DNA of 64,000 nt from positions 160,001-224,000 of the forward strand of contig CAVTUQ010000002.1 of the NCBI GenBank assembly GCA_963737905.1, in the 5' to 3' direction. Source of the DNA: an uncultured delta proteobacterium. Its GTDB lineage: Bacteria > Desulfobacterota > Binatia > UBA9968. The position numbers were made by a program, and so were the translations under genes. The notes beneath the pieces were generated by a model that made no database searches, was not told where the DNA came from, and saw nothing but the letters and a program-made list of their open reading frames with translations. Position 1 is the stretch's first letter, and each line of letters starts with the position of its first letter. This document shows, piece after piece, positions 38,589 through 50,148 of the stretch.

Positions 38589-40264
38589 GGTCTATCCTCT
38601 TCCTGATGCTTCAAGGCCTGGACTTGTCGAGCCAATTGCTGCCGTTGATAAAGCTCGTAGTACGCGCCGCGCCGCGCAAGCAGTTCATCATGCGTGCCAA
38701 GCTCAATGATCCTGCCGCCTCGGAGATAAACGATCATATCGGCAGTGCGGACGGTGGAAATGCGATGGGAGATCAGCAACGTCGTCCGTCCCTTCATGAA
38801 CTGTTTGAGCTCCCCGAGAATTTCCTCTTCAGTCTCGACATCGACGCTGGAAAAAGCATCGTCGAGGATCAGGATCGGGGGATTCTTAATAATTGCCCGG
38901 GCCAAAGCGGTTCGCTGTTTTTGGCCGCCGGAAAGACGAACTCCCCGCTCACCGATGATCGTATCGAATCGATTGCTGAAGGACTCGATGGCCGGCAGCA
39001 ATCGCGCGACCCGCGCCGCTTCTTGGGCTTTCTGGGCATCGCCATTGTCAAGGCCGAAGAGGATATTGTCGCGGATCGTCCCGGAAAAGAGGAAGATATC
39101 TTGCGAAACAATGCCGACGGCGGCCTCGACTTCGGCAATGGGCAACCGCTTAATGTCAGTCGTATCGATAAAAACCGTTCCGTCAGGCGGCTCGAAAAGC
39201 CTGAGCAACAAACTGACCATAGTGCTCTTGCCCGAACCCGTTTCTCCCACAATACCGCAGATTCCCCCGGGAGGGATCACTAGATTGATGTTTTGCAGCA
39301 CGGGGGGATGATCAGCGGCATAAGCGAAAGTCAGATTACGAAATTCGACGGAGCCTCGGTTCAAAGCCGGCCGACCATCAAATTCAACTATCTCGTAACG
39401 AGGCGAAACGGGTGTATCCAAAACTTCAAATACCCTGCTGAGCGCGGCCGTGCCCCTCTGGTACTGGTTGACAACGTAGCCCACCGCCATGAGAGGCCAG
39501 GTCATCATCGCGAGGTAGCCGTTGAAGGCGACGAACTCGCCGAGTGTCATGGTTCCCTGCAACACCTGGCGACCGCCCAACCAGAGGACCAAGGTCGCCC
39601 CGATTCCCGCCAACACTTGCATGAGCGGCCAAAAAATTCCCCAGAGAGTGGCAAGCCACATAGTACTGTATCGATAGCGCTCGCTGATGGCGTTAAAACC
39701 GCTTATTTGATTTTGCTCCTGGGCGTAGGCCTGGACCACCCGAACGCCCGCGAAATTCTCTTGCACATAGGCGCTCATGACACTGATCTGGTCCTGGGTA
39801 TCCCGGGACCAACGAAAGATATGCCGGCCGAAGAAGCGCACCACTACCGTGATCAGCGGCATCGCCAGCATCGACCACAGAGTCAGCCAAGGATCGATGC
39901 TGATCATGAAAGTGAGGCAAAAAACAATGACAACCATGGCATCGACGATGGCGAGAGAGCCAAACCCCATGAGCTCGCGCACCGCCTGAATGTCATTGGT
40001 CATCCGCGACATCAGATCGCCGGTCTTGGTATGCTGGAAATAGTCCAGCGGCAGTTTCTGCAGGTGAGAGAAAACGCGATCCCGCAGATCCGCCTCACAG
40101 CGCCGCGAGAAACCATGAACGTTGATGCGCCAGCCGTAACGAAATAAACCCTGCAGCATGGCCGCGCCCAGGATCAACAAAGGGTATCGCAGTAAAGAAA
40201 CCGAACCGTCGGCCTTGTACAGCGTCGTATCGATGGCGTCCTTGATCAGCCAGGGAAGCGCCAT
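38585..40264 (-). CDS. ABC exporter half-transporter (MdlA/YheI-like)
   Basis: GETGSGKS, LSGGQ, degenerate LDDA Walker B; the frame stays open to ~40375, so the true start is probably further upstream. Confidence 0.9.
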   Translation of the reverse strand: MALPWLIKDAIDTTLYKADGSVSLLRYPLLILGAAMLQGLFRYGWRINVHGFSRRCEADLRDRVFSHLQKLPLDYFQHTKTGDLMSRMTNDIQAVRELMGFGSLAIVDAMVVIVFCLTFMISIDPWLTLWSMLAMPLITVVVRFFGRHIFRWSRDTQDQISVMSAYVQENFAGVRVVQAYAQEQNQISGFNAISERYRYSTMWLATLWGIFWPLMQVLAGIGATLVLWLGGRQVLQGTMTLGEFVAFNGYLAMMTWPLMAVGYVVNQYQRGTAALSRVFEVLDTPVSPRYEIVEFDGRPALNRGSVEFRNLTFAYAADHPPVLQNINLVIPPGGICGIVGETGSGKSTMVSLLLRLFEPPDGTVFIDTTDIKRLPIAEVEAAVGIVSQDIFLFSGTIRDNILFGLDNGDAQKAQEAARVARLLPAIESFSNRFDTIIGERGVRLSGGQKQRTALARAIIKNPPILILDDAFSSVDVETEEEILGELKQFMKGRTTLLISHRISTVRTADMIVYLRGGRIIELGTHDELLARRGAYYELYQRQQLARQVQALKHQEEDRP

Positions 40265-40495
40265 CCCCGCGAAGTCCGTAGCAATCAGCGAAAGAATGCC
40301 GAGGATGAGGAAACGGCGGTAGCGGTCAATGAGAAACTTGACGCGGTGGTAATGCCGAAGAATCTTTAATTCCTCTTACTGGAGCCGTTGGACCGGCCCG
40401 ATTTTATTCACCGAAGATGACCGAGCAACGAGCCTCCCCGGTCGCAGGCAATGGGCCTGTGACTTGAGGAAGCCTGACAAATTGGAGGGCTGGAG

Positions 40496-42080
40496 CTATT
40501 CTCTCTTGATGCCATGCTCTTGTTCCACCTCGGCCCACTTTCCGGCCATCAGCTTTTCCATGACGGGCTCAAGCCCTGAAATCGCGATCCGAACTTGCTC
40601 CATCGTATCGCGATCGCGAATCGTGACTTTTTCATCCGCCTGCGCTTTTTCGTCGCCCACTGTTTGAACGTCCACGGTGACGCAAAACGGCGTGCCCACT
40701 TCGTCTTGGCGCCGATAGAGACGGCCGATGGACGCCGTGTCGTCATAGACCGTGTACCGGTGCCGACGCAGGTCAGCGGTGAGCTTCTTTGCTGTCTCCA
40801 CGATTCGATCGTTCTTCTTCAGCAGTGGCAACACGGCGATCTTGATCGGCGCCAGCTCCGGATGAAATTTCAGAACGACACGCTTTTCTCCTCTGACCTC
40901 TTCCTCGTGATAAGCGTCGACCAGAAACGCGAGGGTCGATCGATCCGCTCCGGCCGAAGGTTCGATGACATAGGGAACGATCTTTTGTTTGCTTTCTTCG
41001 TCGAAATACTCGAGGGCCTTGCCGCTGAACTGGGAGTGTTGTTTTAGATCATAGTCGGTGCGGTTTGCGATGCCTTCGAGCTCGCTCCAGCCCATCGGGA
41101 AGAGATACTCGATATCCACGCATCCCTTGGCATAGTGGGCCAGCTCATCTTGCTCATGTTTACGCTGTCGAATGTTTTCTGTTCCTATGCCGTAGCGCTG
41201 GTACCATTCAAAGCGCTCATCGACCCACTTTTGATGCCATTCTTCATCCGTCCCCGGCATACAGAAAAATTCGATCTCCATCTGCTCGAACTCGCGCGTG
41301 CGGAATGTAAAATTGCCCGGCGTGATCTCATTACGAAACGCCTTACCGATCTGCGCGATTCCGAAAGGCAGCTTCTTCCGCGAAGCCTGAAGAACATTGT
41401 CGAAATTGACAAAGATTCCCTGGGCCGTCTCGGGCCTGAGATAAATCTTGATCGCCGTTTCTTGCACCGGACCGAGAGACGTTTCGAGCATCAGGCCTGC
41501 GGGTCTGGGCTCGGAAAGCTTTCCACCGCAGCTCGGGCAGATGGAATCGGATCCGCCGATTTCGTTCAGGAATTCTCTTTCTGGAGATTTGATTGGGCCC
41601 ATGTTGTACCCGGCGCGAGACTCTTTCGGCAAATGCCTCCGCCTGTTTGACCGAGGCTAAGTTCGGGGCGAGTTTTTTGCCATCACCCTTGACCCAGTTG
41701 ATAACGGCAGCCCATGTTCCCTTGTCTCGAACTTCCGTCAACTTCTGCCACCACTTACTGCTCTTCCTCGCCTCCTCGACGTGATCTGCGCGGTAGTGCC
41801 TACCACAATCAAGGCAGCCCGTAAAAGGATCAGAGAAGCTGGCGAGGTGTCCGCTCGCCTCCCACACTCTGGGGTGCATCGTGATCGCGGCATCGAGCCC
41901 GACCATGTCGTCTCTCAGATGAACGTTATCGCGCCACCACAGACGCTTGACGTTGTTCTTGAGCTCAACACCCAAAGGCCCGTAGTCCCAAGCGGAGCCC
42001 AGCCCACCGTAAATCTCACTCGACTGAAAAATAAACCCGCGCCGCTTGGATAGCGACACGATCTTGTCCATGTCTACCAT
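40496..42080 (-). CDS. glyQS: Glycyl-tRNA synthetase, alpha2 type; frameshift near 41600
   Basis: [53 protein letters not shown] over two ORFs. Confidence 0.92.
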
Positions 42081-42194
42081 TTAGACCGCCTTCACTCATC
42101 ACAAATGCATTTTAATGTAATCAATGACGGAGGAGGAGTCAAAAAGGCGATTTATCGATCGGCAATGCCGATTTTTTTCGCACCCAGCTATGAA

Positions 42195-43001
42195 CTACGT
42201 CAAGCCCAGGACATCCGGCATGCCGTAGAGCCCTGGCTTCTGCTTGGCGAGCCACTGGGCGGCCCGAATAGCGCCGCGGGCGAAGGTGTCGCGGCTATGA
42301 GCGCGGTGAATGAATTCGAGTCGCTCACCGATGCCGCCGAAGATGACGGTGTGCTCGCCAACGATGTCACCAGCGCGGACGGAAAGCAGCGCAATCTCTT
42401 TCTTTGACCGCTCGCCGACGATACCTTTTCGGCCGTTGATGCCGATTTGGTCCAAATCGCGATTCAGCGCTTTCGCTACTGACCTCCCCAAGGCCAAAGC
42501 CGTCCCGCTGGGAGCATCTTTTTTGAAGCGATGGTGGGCCTCAATAATCTCGACGTCGTAATCCTCGCCGAGCATCTCGGCAGCCCTGCCAAGAAGAGAG
42601 ACGAGCACGTTCACGCCCAAGCTGGTGTTGGCCGAAAGGAGAGTAGGCGTGCGCCGCGAGAGTCGTTTGATCTCGGCCAGTCGCGTCGAGTTGAATCCGG
42701 TAGTTGCAATAACGATGGGGATGGCCTTTTTTGCCGCAGCTCTCAGGTAACCTAGGGAAGCTTCGGGGTTGGTAAAGTCGATGATGACTGTATTGGGCTC
42801 GAGCTGCGATTCGATCTTGTCCTTGACTTCGACACCCAGATGTCCGGCGCCGGAGACGTCCCCCGCGTCTTTTCCCAACCTGGTGCTCCCAGGTTTATCG
42901 ACGGCAGCCATCAACCGGACGCCAGCAGTCTGGGCTGCGGCACGCACGACCGCCCCACCCATGCGCCCGCCGACGCCGCAGACAATGAGGCCCAGCGCCA
43001 T
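42195..43001 (-). CDS. dapB: 4-hydroxy-tetrahydrodipicolinate reductase
   Basis: GVGGRMG, IDFT, EAHHRFKKDAPSGTA. Confidence 0.95.
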   Translation of the reverse strand: MALGLIVCGVGGRMGGAVVRAAAQTAGVRLMAAVDKPGSTRLGKDAGDVSGAGHLGVEVKDKIESQLEPNTVIIDFTNPEASLGYLRAAAKKAIPIVIATTGFNSTRLAEIKRLSRRTPTLLSANTSLGVNVLVSLLGRAAEMLGEDYDVEIIEAHHRFKKDAPSGTALALGRSVAKALNRDLDQIGINGRKGIVGERSKKEIALLSVRAGDIVGEHTVIFGGIGERLEFIHRAHSRDTFARGAIRAAQWLAKQKPGLYGMPDVLGLT

Positions 43002-43006
43002 TGGAA

Positions 43007-43879
43007 CTAAAACAAACCGAATTCGGCCATCTGTTGTTGTAGTTTTTTCAGATTGCCTTCCGACATGGGCGTCAGAGGCAGACGCAGCTCGCTCGTGCAC
43101 TTGCCCATGAGCGAGAGCGCGGTTTTGATCGGAATCGGATTGGTTTCGAGAAAAACACTGCGAATCAACGGAATCAGTTTCAGTTGCAGCTTACGCCCCT
43201 TATCCCAATTCCCTTGCAAGCAGGCATCCGTCAACTGCGACATTTCCTTGGGCGCGATATTGGCGACGGTAGAAATCACACCTTTGCCGCCCAGGGCCAT
43301 GAGCGAGAAGGTTAGAGAATCCTCGCCGGAATAGACCGCCAGATTCTCACCGCAAAGACGAATCACGTCGATGGCCTGATCGACGGAGCCGGTGGCCTCT
43401 TTGACTCCGGCAACGTTTTCGATCTCCGACAGCCGCGCCAACGTTTCCGGCTCGATTTTCGAACCCGTACGACCGGGAATGTTATAAACGATAATTGGAA
43501 TGCCCACCGACTCAGCGACTTTCTTGTAGTGCTGATAAATGCCTTCCTGGGTGGGCCGGTTGTAATAGGGTGAAATCATCAAAGCGCCGTCGGCGCCCGC
43601 CCTCTCCGCTCCCTTCGTCAGTTCAACCGCTTCCGCAGTCGAATTCGATCCCGTCCCGGCGATGACTGGAACTCGCTTGTTTACTGCTTTAATGACCCTT
43701 TCGACGACTTCACGGTGCTCCTTATGGTCAAGCGTCGCCGACTCGCCGGTGGTCCCGCACGGGACGATACCGTTCGAGCCGTTCTTGATGTGAAAGTCCA
43801 CCAGCCCTTCGAGGCTTTGCCAATCGACTTTGCCGTCTCTGAAAGGCGTCACCAAGGCGACCATGGAACCAGCAAACAT
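43007..43879 (-). CDS. dapA: 4-hydroxy-tetrahydrodipicolinate synthase
   Basis: GTTGES, PYYN, YNIPGRT, GVKEA, TNPIP. Confidence 0.96.
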   Translation of the reverse strand: MFAGSMVALVTPFRDGKVDWQSLEGLVDFHIKNGSNGIVPCGTTGESATLDHKEHREVVERVIKAVNKRVPVIAGTGSNSTAEAVELTKGAERAGADGALMISPYYNRPTQEGIYQHYKKVAESVGIPIIVYNIPGRTGSKIEPETLARLSEIENVAGVKEATGSVDQAIDVIRLCGENLAVYSGEDSLTFSLMALGGKGVISTVANIAPKEMSQLTDACLQGNWDKGRKLQLKLIPLIRSVFLETNPIPIKTALSLMGKCTSELRLPLTPMSEGNLKKLQQQMAEFGLF

Positions 43880-43890
43880 AGGCTTCTCTC

Positions 43891-44712
43891 CTAATGGACC
43901 TTGACGGTGCCGTGAAAAACCTCTTCGGCTCCGCCCGTCATATAGACGCGGTTATTGTCCCGCCATTCGATGAAAAGATCTCCGCCCTTGACGTGGATCG
44001 TCACCTCCCGCTCCGTCCGACCGGTGAGAACTCCGGCAACGCCAACTGCGGAAGCGCCGGTGCCGCAAGCCCAGGTCTCTCCCGCGCCCCGTTCCCACAC
44101 CCGCATGCTTACCTCGTTAGGACTCAATATTTTGATAAACTCCGTGTTCACCCGCTTAGGGAAAAAAGGATGATGCTCGAAACGGGGGCCAATTTTTTCC
44201 AGGTCCAGGGAATCAATGTCATCCAGGTAAAGCACGCAATGGGGGTTCCCCATGGAGACGCACGTGATCTGATAAGTCGCGCCATCCACCGTCAACGGAT
44301 GATTGATGATCTGCCCATCGGCATCTACGGGGATCTTTCTCCCCTCCAGAATCGGCTCTCCCATGTCCACTTCGACCAATTCACCGACGATCTTCGGGCG
44401 AATGATGCCTGCTAGGGTCTCGACTTCCAGCTCGCGCTTCTTCGTAAGGCCATGATCGTAAACATATTTGGCAAAGCAGCGAATGCCGTTGCCGCACATC
44501 TCCACCTGGCCGCCGTCGGCGTTGTAGATTTCCATCTTGAAGTCGGCGACCTTCGAAGGATGAATCGTAAGCAGCTGATCGGCGCCGATGCCGAATCTTC
44601 GGTCGCACAGTTGTTTTGCAATCGCCTCCAGGTTGTCGATGTTCTTCTTGAGACAATCCAGAAAAACGAAGTCGTTGCCGCAACCATGCATTTTAGTAAA
44701 GGCAATTTCCAT
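43891..44712 (-). CDS. dapF: Diaminopimelate epimerase
   Basis: KMHGCGNDF, EMCGNG, GNPH, ERGAGET.ACGTG. Confidence 0.96.
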   Translation of the reverse strand: MEIAFTKMHGCGNDFVFLDCLKKNIDNLEAIAKQLCDRRFGIGADQLLTIHPSKVADFKMEIYNADGGQVEMCGNGIRCFAKYVYDHGLTKKRELEVETLAGIIRPKIVGELVEVDMGEPILEGRKIPVDADGQIINHPLTVDGATYQITCVSMGNPHCVLYLDDIDSLDLEKIGPRFEHHPFFPKRVNTEFIKILSPNEVSMRVWERGAGETWACGTGASAVGVAGVLTGRTEREVTIHVKGGDLFIEWRDNNRVYMTGGAEEVFHGTVKVH

Positions 44713-44736
44713 CTTGCTTACTTTTTCGAGCTCCGA

Positions 44737-44790
44737 AATCCCCCGGCCTTCGGCCCGCGCCTTTGCAAAGGGGGCTCATGGGGGATTTTG
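44737..44790. repeat. Palindromic CCCC/AAAGGGGG intergenic repeat
   Basis: AAATCCCCC...CCTTTGCAAAGGGGG...GGGGGATTT; related to the element at 60501. Confidence 0.5.
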
Positions 44791-44830
44791 CCCTGCTGAC
44801 CGCTGACTTCCGACTTCTTTTACCTCTGGT

Positions 44831-46105
44831 TCATTGCAGCGCCGCCGGGATGACTTCGCCTCTGATCAAATCGTCAAAGTTCTCCCGCGCGCGAATCACA
44901 TAGTACTGATCCCCATCCACCAAAATCTCCGGCGGCTTGGGATGGGAATTGTAGTTCGACGCCATAGTAAAACCGTAGGCGCCCGCGCTCATCACCGCCA
45001 GGAGGTCACCGCGCCCGGGTCGCGCAATCTCCCGGTCTTTGGCGAAGAAGTCCCCGCTCTCGCAAATCGGACCGACGATGTCCGCCACGATCCTTTCACC
45101 GTTTTTTTGCACCACCGGCTGAATCGCCTGATACGAACCGTAGAGCGCAGGCCGAATAAGATCATTCATCCCGCCATCGACGATGACGAATTTCTTTTCG
45201 TCGGTCTCCTTGAGGTACTGGACTTCGGTGACAAGAATGCCGGCGTTACCCACGATGACGCGACCGGGTTCGAGGATGAGAGTCACATCGAGCCCTTCCA
45301 GGCCCTGTATGATCGCGTTGGCATATTCCTCCGGATGCGGAGGCATTTCATCTTTATAACTGATTCCCAAGCCTCCACCCAGGTCGAGATAGCGGATCCG
45401 GGCGCCTTCTTTTTGCAAGGAACCCACGAGAACACGATCCAAGTATTCGCGCACGCGCGCCAGAGCATCGACGAAAGGGGAAACGGAGGTCAGCTGGGAA
45501 CCAATGTGGCAATCCACACCCACGACTTCCAGGTTCCGCAGCGAAGCGGCTTTTCTGTAGCTCTCGACGGAGCGTTTGATATCGACGCCGAACTTGGCCT
45601 TTTTCATGCCGGTGGAAATATAAGGATGGGTTTGCGGATCGACGTCCGGATTAATCCGCAAGCTGATGGGCGCCCTTTTGCCGATCCCGCCGGCGATTTC
45701 GTTTAAAACCGTCATCTCATGCTCGGACTCAACATTGAACATCAGGATGCCGGAGTTGAGAGCGTATTCGATTTCTTCTTTCTTTTTACCGACGCCGGAG
45801 AAGACAATCTTTTTCGGATCGGCCCCGGCTCTGAGCGCGCGAAACAACTCGCCGCCGGAAACGATGTCGAACCCGCCCCCCTCTTTGGCGAAAGTCCTCA
45901 AGAGCGCTAGGTTGGAGTTTGCCTTGACAGAGAAACAGACGATGTGCGGAACCTTTGCGAAAGCTTGATCAAAAACGCGGAAGTGACGTTTCAACGTCGC
46001 GAGGCTGTAAACATAAGCCGGCGTGCCGACTTCTTTGGCAATGCGCTTCACGGGCACGTCCTCGGCGAACATTTCTCCGTTGCGGTATTCAAAATGATTC
46101 ATCAC
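44831..46105 (-). CDS. lysA: Diaminopimelate decarboxylase
   Basis: SVKAN, HIGSQ, LGGG, EPGR, GPICESGD. Confidence 0.96.
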   Translation of the reverse strand: MMNHFEYRNGEMFAEDVPVKRIAKEVGTPAYVYSLATLKRHFRVFDQAFAKVPHIVCFSVKANSNLALLRTFAKEGGGFDIVSGGELFRALRAGADPKKIVFSGVGKKKEEIEYALNSGILMFNVESEHEMTVLNEIAGGIGKRAPISLRINPDVDPQTHPYISTGMKKAKFGVDIKRSVESYRKAASLRNLEVVGVDCHIGSQLTSVSPFVDALARVREYLDRVLVGSLQKEGARIRYLDLGGGLGISYKDEMPPHPEEYANAIIQGLEGLDVTLILEPGRVIVGNAGILVTEVQYLKETDEKKFVIVDGGMNDLIRPALYGSYQAIQPVVQKNGERIVADIVGPICESGDFFAKDREIARPGRGDLLAVMSAGAYGFTMASNYNSHPKPPEILVDGDQYYVIRARENFDDLIRGEVIPAALQ

Positions 46106-46542
46106 GGACCTCGCATAATTTCGACTTCATTCGATGGCTCGCTCAATGAACCGTCCTTTAACTCGGACGACACCCTATAACGATACGTCATCTTGGCCTG
46201 GACCTCTTCATCCACATACCGATATTGCTTTTGTTGGACAAATCTTTCTCGATCTTCGACGTCCACCGTCGTCAACGGTCGATAGGGAGCCGGGCAGTCG
46301 ACGCACGTCGGGGAAATGTCCTTCCGAAAAATAACAAAGCCCGTCAGATCCTTTAGCGCGCTGCCGTCTACATACTCCGTCGGCCGTCTCCAGGTGAGAG
46401 ACACGCCGTTGGGGACGGACGTGGCCGTCAAATTTTCGATAACCCGAGGCGTGGCTAACTCAGGCGCCCGCAGATCTCCTCTTTTTCCACAACCCGCGAA
46501 GAGGAGAACAAGCATCGGTATCAGAGCAACGAGGGCCCTCAT
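46102..46542 (-). CDS. Lipoprotein with LptM/YifL-like N-terminus and FN3-like domain
   Basis: LFAGCGKRGDL..P lipobox, LTW, YRYRV, SEPSN. Confidence 0.75.
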   Translation of the reverse strand: MRALVALIPMLVLLFAGCGKRGDLRAPELATPRVIENLTATSVPNGVSLTWRRPTEYVDGSALKDLTGFVIFRKDISPTCVDCPAPYRPLTTVDVEDRERFVQQKQYRYVDEEVQAKMTYRYRVSSELKDGSLSEPSNEVEIMRGP

Positions 46543-47916
46543 CTATGCCCTCAATTCTTTCAGCCGTCGCATGACAGTGTCCCGGGCCGTGCCTCCGAAA
46601 GCGCGCCGGCGATTGACGACCGACTCCGTCGACAGAAAGTCATAGACGTCTTTGTCGATTTTTTTGGAAAAGCCCTTCAGTTCTTTCAATGAAAGGTCTT
46701 CGATCCGGCAACCCTTCGCGGCACAGTGCCGAACGATTCTACCCGAGATTCCGTGGGCATCGCGAAAAGAAATCCCGCGCTCCACGAGATAATCCGCCAG
46801 ATCAGTGGCATTCATGAATCCGTCTTGTGCCGCGGTCAGCATTCGGTCCTTGCGGACCTTCATACCGTGCACGACCTCAGCCATGATTCGCACGCTCGTC
46901 TTGACGGTATCGACGGTGTCGAAAAGCGGTATTTTGTCTTCCTGCAAATCCCGGTTATAAGCCAACGGCAACCCCTTCATGATCGTGAGCAGCGCCTGGA
47001 GGTGACCAAAGACCCGCCCTGCTTTGCCGCGGACCAACTCGGGCACGTCAGGGTTTTTCTTCTGCGGCATCATCGAGCTGCCGGTGCAGTAACGATCCGG
47101 TAACTCAACGAATGCAAATTCTTGACTAGACCACAAGACCAGCTCCTCCGCAAGGCGACTCAAATGCACGAACAGAACGGCCGCCACCGAAACAAACTCC
47201 AGAACGAAGTCGCGATCGCTGACCGTGTCGATACTATTTTTCGAAACCCGTGGGAAGTTGAGAAGCTTGGCGACATACTTCCGATCGATGGGAAAGCTCG
47301 TGCCCGCCAAGGCGCCGGCGCCGAGGGGCAGCACGTTGATGCGCTCGAGACAGCTCCAAAGCCGCTCCCGGTCGCGGTCGAACATCTCGTAGTAAGCGAG
47401 CACATGATGGGCAAACCGTACCGGCTGGGCGCGCTGCAGGTGCGTATAGCCGGGCATGATCACGTCCAAATGTTTCTTGGCTGCGTCCGTCAGCGCCTGC
47501 TGGAGCACTTGCAGATCCTCGTTGATGAGCGCAACTTCTTCCCGCAGAAAAAGACGCATATCCAGGGCGACTTGATCGTTGCGACTGCGCGCTGTGTGGA
47601 GCTTCCTTCCGGCCGCCCCGATCTTCTCGCTTAATCGGCGCTCGATGTTCATATGGATATCTTCGTCGGCTGAAGAAAAAACAAACTTGCCGCTCTCGAT
47701 TTCTTGCTCGATGGTTTTCAAGCCGCGGACAATTTTCCGCGCGTCCTGCGCCGGGATGATCCGTTGTCGCGCCAGCATTTTGGCGTGGGCGATGCTGCCC
47801 GCGATGTCGTGACGGTAAAGCCGGGAATCGACATCGACGGAAGCCGTAAAGGCCTCCACCGAACCCACCGTCCCGGCGGCAAACCGCCCGCCCCAGAGCT
47901 TTTTGACTCTAGCCAC
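46543..47916 (-). CDS. argH: Argininosuccinate lyase
   Basis: [25 protein letters not shown]. Confidence 0.96.
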   Translation of the reverse strand: MARVKKLWGGRFAAGTVGSVEAFTASVDVDSRLYRHDIAGSIAHAKMLARQRIIPAQDARKIVRGLKTIEQEIESGKFVFSSADEDIHMNIERRLSEKIGAAGRKLHTARSRNDQVALDMRLFLREEVALINEDLQVLQQALTDAAKKHLDVIMPGYTHLQRAQPVRFAHHVLAYYEMFDRDRERLWSCLERINVLPLGAGALAGTSFPIDRKYVAKLLNFPRVSKNSIDTVSDRDFVLEFVSVAAVLFVHLSRLAEELVLWSSQEFAFVELPDRYCTGSSMMPQKKNPDVPELVRGKAGRVFGHLQALLTIMKGLPLAYNRDLQEDKIPLFDTVDTVKTSVRIMAEVVHGMKVRKDRMLTAAQDGFMNATDLADYLVERGISFRDAHGISGRIVRHCAAKGCRIEDLSLKELKGFSKKIDKDVYDFLSTESVVNRRRAFGGTARDTVMRRLKELRA

Positions 47917-47968
47917 CCTTGCTTCTCTCTCGATTTTCGATTTTGTTTTTGTGATTTTAGATTGGACC

Positions 47969-49165
47969 CTAAGCCCGTTTCAATCGTCGCAGCCTGAGTC
48001 GCAACGCGTTCAGCCGAATAAAGCCATCGGCATCGCCCTGGTTATAAACATCGTCTTCCTCGAATGTCGCCACCTTGGGATCATAGAGCGATGAATCGGA
48101 CTTACGTCCGGCGACAATGACGTTGCCCTTATAAAGCTTGAGCCGAACGCGGCCGCTCACGTTAGCCTGCGCGGCATCGATGGCTTTTTGCACAACCTCG
48201 CGTTCGGGCGCAAACCAATATCCATAATAAATCATCTCCGCATAGCGCGGGATCAGGGCATCCCTTAGCCGCAGTACTTCGCGGTCCATGGTGATCGACT
48301 CCAAGGCGCGGTGCGCCGCATGAAGGATCGTTCCTCCGGGCGTCTCATAAACACCCCGGGACTTCATTCCCACGTAGCGATTCTCGACCAGGTCCACGCG
48401 GCCGATGCCATGTTTTGCGCCGGTATCATTCAGCTTGGCCAAAAGTTTTGCCGGCGAAAGCTGCCTGCCATTCACGGCGATTGGATCCCCGCGCCTATAG
48501 TCGATCTCCACATACTCCGGGCGGTTCGGCGCCTTCTCCAACGGCCGGCACCAGACGAACATGTCCGCCGGCGGCTCCTTCCAGGGATCTTCCAAGATGC
48601 CGCCTTCATAACTAATATGAAAAATATTTCGATCGGTGCTGTACGGCCGCGTTTTCGTCACCGGCACCGGGATCCCATGTTTTCGCGCGTAGGCGATCAA
48701 CGACGTGCGCGAGTTCAAATTCCACAACCGCCACGGCGCGACGACTTTGATGCTGGGTTTCAGAGCGTAATACGTCAGCTCAAAACGCACCTGATCGTTG
48801 CCCTTGCCGGTGGCGCCATGGGACACAGCGTCGGCGCGTTCCCTGGCGGCGACATCGATCTGCGCTTTAGCTATCAAGGGCCGGGCGATTGAGGTGCCCA
48901 GCAAATAGGATCCTTCGTACACAGCATTGGCACGCAGCATGGGGAAGACGTAGTCCTTGACAAACACTTCGCGCAGGTCCCCAACAATGGCTTTACTCGC
49001 GCCGGTTTTAATGGCTTTACGGCGAATCGCCTGCAAATCCTCGCCTTGACCGAGGTCGGCGCAAAACGCGATAACCTCACAGCCGTACTGTTCCATGAGC
49101 CAACGCAAAATAACCGAAGTGTCCAGTCCGCCTGAATAGGCCAAGACAACCTTTTTCACTTTCAT
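47969..49165 (-). CDS. argG: Argininosuccinate synthase
   Basis: [23 protein letters not shown]. Confidence 0.97.
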   Translation of the reverse strand: MKVKKVVLAYSGGLDTSVILRWLMEQYGCEVIAFCADLGQGEDLQAIRRKAIKTGASKAIVGDLREVFVKDYVFPMLRANAVYEGSYLLGTSIARPLIAKAQIDVAARERADAVSHGATGKGNDQVRFELTYYALKPSIKVVAPWRLWNLNSRTSLIAYARKHGIPVPVTKTRPYSTDRNIFHISYEGGILEDPWKEPPADMFVWCRPLEKAPNRPEYVEIDYRRGDPIAVNGRQLSPAKLLAKLNDTGAKHGIGRVDLVENRYVGMKSRGVYETPGGTILHAAHRALESITMDREVLRLRDALIPRYAEMIYYGYWFAPEREVVQKAIDAAQANVSGRVRLKLYKGNVIVAGRKSDSSLYDPKVATFEEDDVYNQGDADGFIRLNALRLRLRRLKRA

Positions 49166-49183
49166 CTTGGTCTTTGCAGTCCT

Positions 49184-50134
49184 TTACGTGCTAATCCATG
49201 GGTCATTGTCTAGATCTTTAAAGCTTCTTAACAGCCAAACCATAATCGCCTTCTGCACATGAAGCCGGTTTTCGGCCTGATCGAAGGCGATGCATTGCGG
49301 TCCTTCCAGCACTTCATGAGTAATCTCTTGACCGCGATGGGCTGGGAGACAGTGCATCACCACTGCATCCTTCTTCGCCATCGCCACGACTCTCGCATTC
49401 ACTTGATACTCCTGAAAGGCTTTGAGTCGCTTCGCGGCTTCCTCCTCTTGTCCCATGCTGGCCCAAACATCCGTGTAAACCGCATCGGCTCCTGTGACGG
49501 CTTCTTCGACAGAGTGCGTCACTGTGATTCGCGCCCCGTCTTTTCGCGCCTGCTCTTCGATTTCCCGGTTGGGCTCGTAACCTTGAGGACATGCCACGGC
49601 GAACGAAATCGGCAACTTTTCCGCCGCCTCCATCCAGGAGTGGACCATATTATTGCCATCCCCGACAAAAGCCACTTTCAACCCTTTTAAATCCCCTTTG
49701 TGCTCTATGAGCGTGAGACAATCCGCAAGCACCTGGCAAGGATGGGACAGATCCGTAAGCGCGTTTATGACCGGCACCGAGGCATAGGCGGCCATTTCTT
49801 CCAGCGTGCTTTGCGAAAAAGTTCGCACCGTAATGAGGTCCACCCATCGGCTAAGACTGCGGGCGCAATCAGCGGGAGTCTCCCGCACCCCGAGTTGGAC
49901 TTCGTTGGGGCCCAGGAACACCGCATGGCCGCCGAGTTGCACCATCCCCGCCTCGAAGGTTACGCGCGTTCGCAAGCTCGGTTTCTCGAAGATCATCGCC
50001 AGACATTTACGGGCCAACAGCGGATGGGGAATCTCCTGTCTTTGTTTCCGTTTGAGACCCGTCGCTAGCCCAAAAATCCTCACCATCTCTTCACGACTGA
50101 GATCCCTGAAATTGAGTAGGTCGCGCTTGTTCAT
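49184..50134 (-). CDS. argF: Ornithine carbamoyltransferase
   Basis: SLRTR, HPCQ, SMG, HCLP. Confidence 0.95.
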   Translation of the reverse strand: MNKRDLLNFRDLSREEMVRIFGLATGLKRKQRQEIPHPLLARKCLAMIFEKPSLRTRVTFEAGMVQLGGHAVFLGPNEVQLGVRETPADCARSLSRWVDLITVRTFSQSTLEEMAAYASVPVINALTDLSHPCQVLADCLTLIEHKGDLKGLKVAFVGDGNNMVHSWMEAAEKLPISFAVACPQGYEPNREIEEQARKDGARITVTHSVEEAVTGADAVYTDVWASMGQEEEAAKRLKAFQEYQVNARVVAMAKKDAVVMHCLPAHRGQEITHEVLEGPQCIAFDQAENRLHVQKAIMVWLLRSFKDLDNDPWIST

Positions 50135-50148
50135 AGGCCAAACGGTGG

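Noticed and set aside
40496-42080. Programmed frameshift or split GlyRS
   Set aside because: No clear slippery signal, and similar indels occur throughout the window
42080-42195. T-box or attenuator upstream of glyQS
   Set aside because: Only ~115 nt, with no T-box consensus; the hairpin's T-run is on the opposite strand
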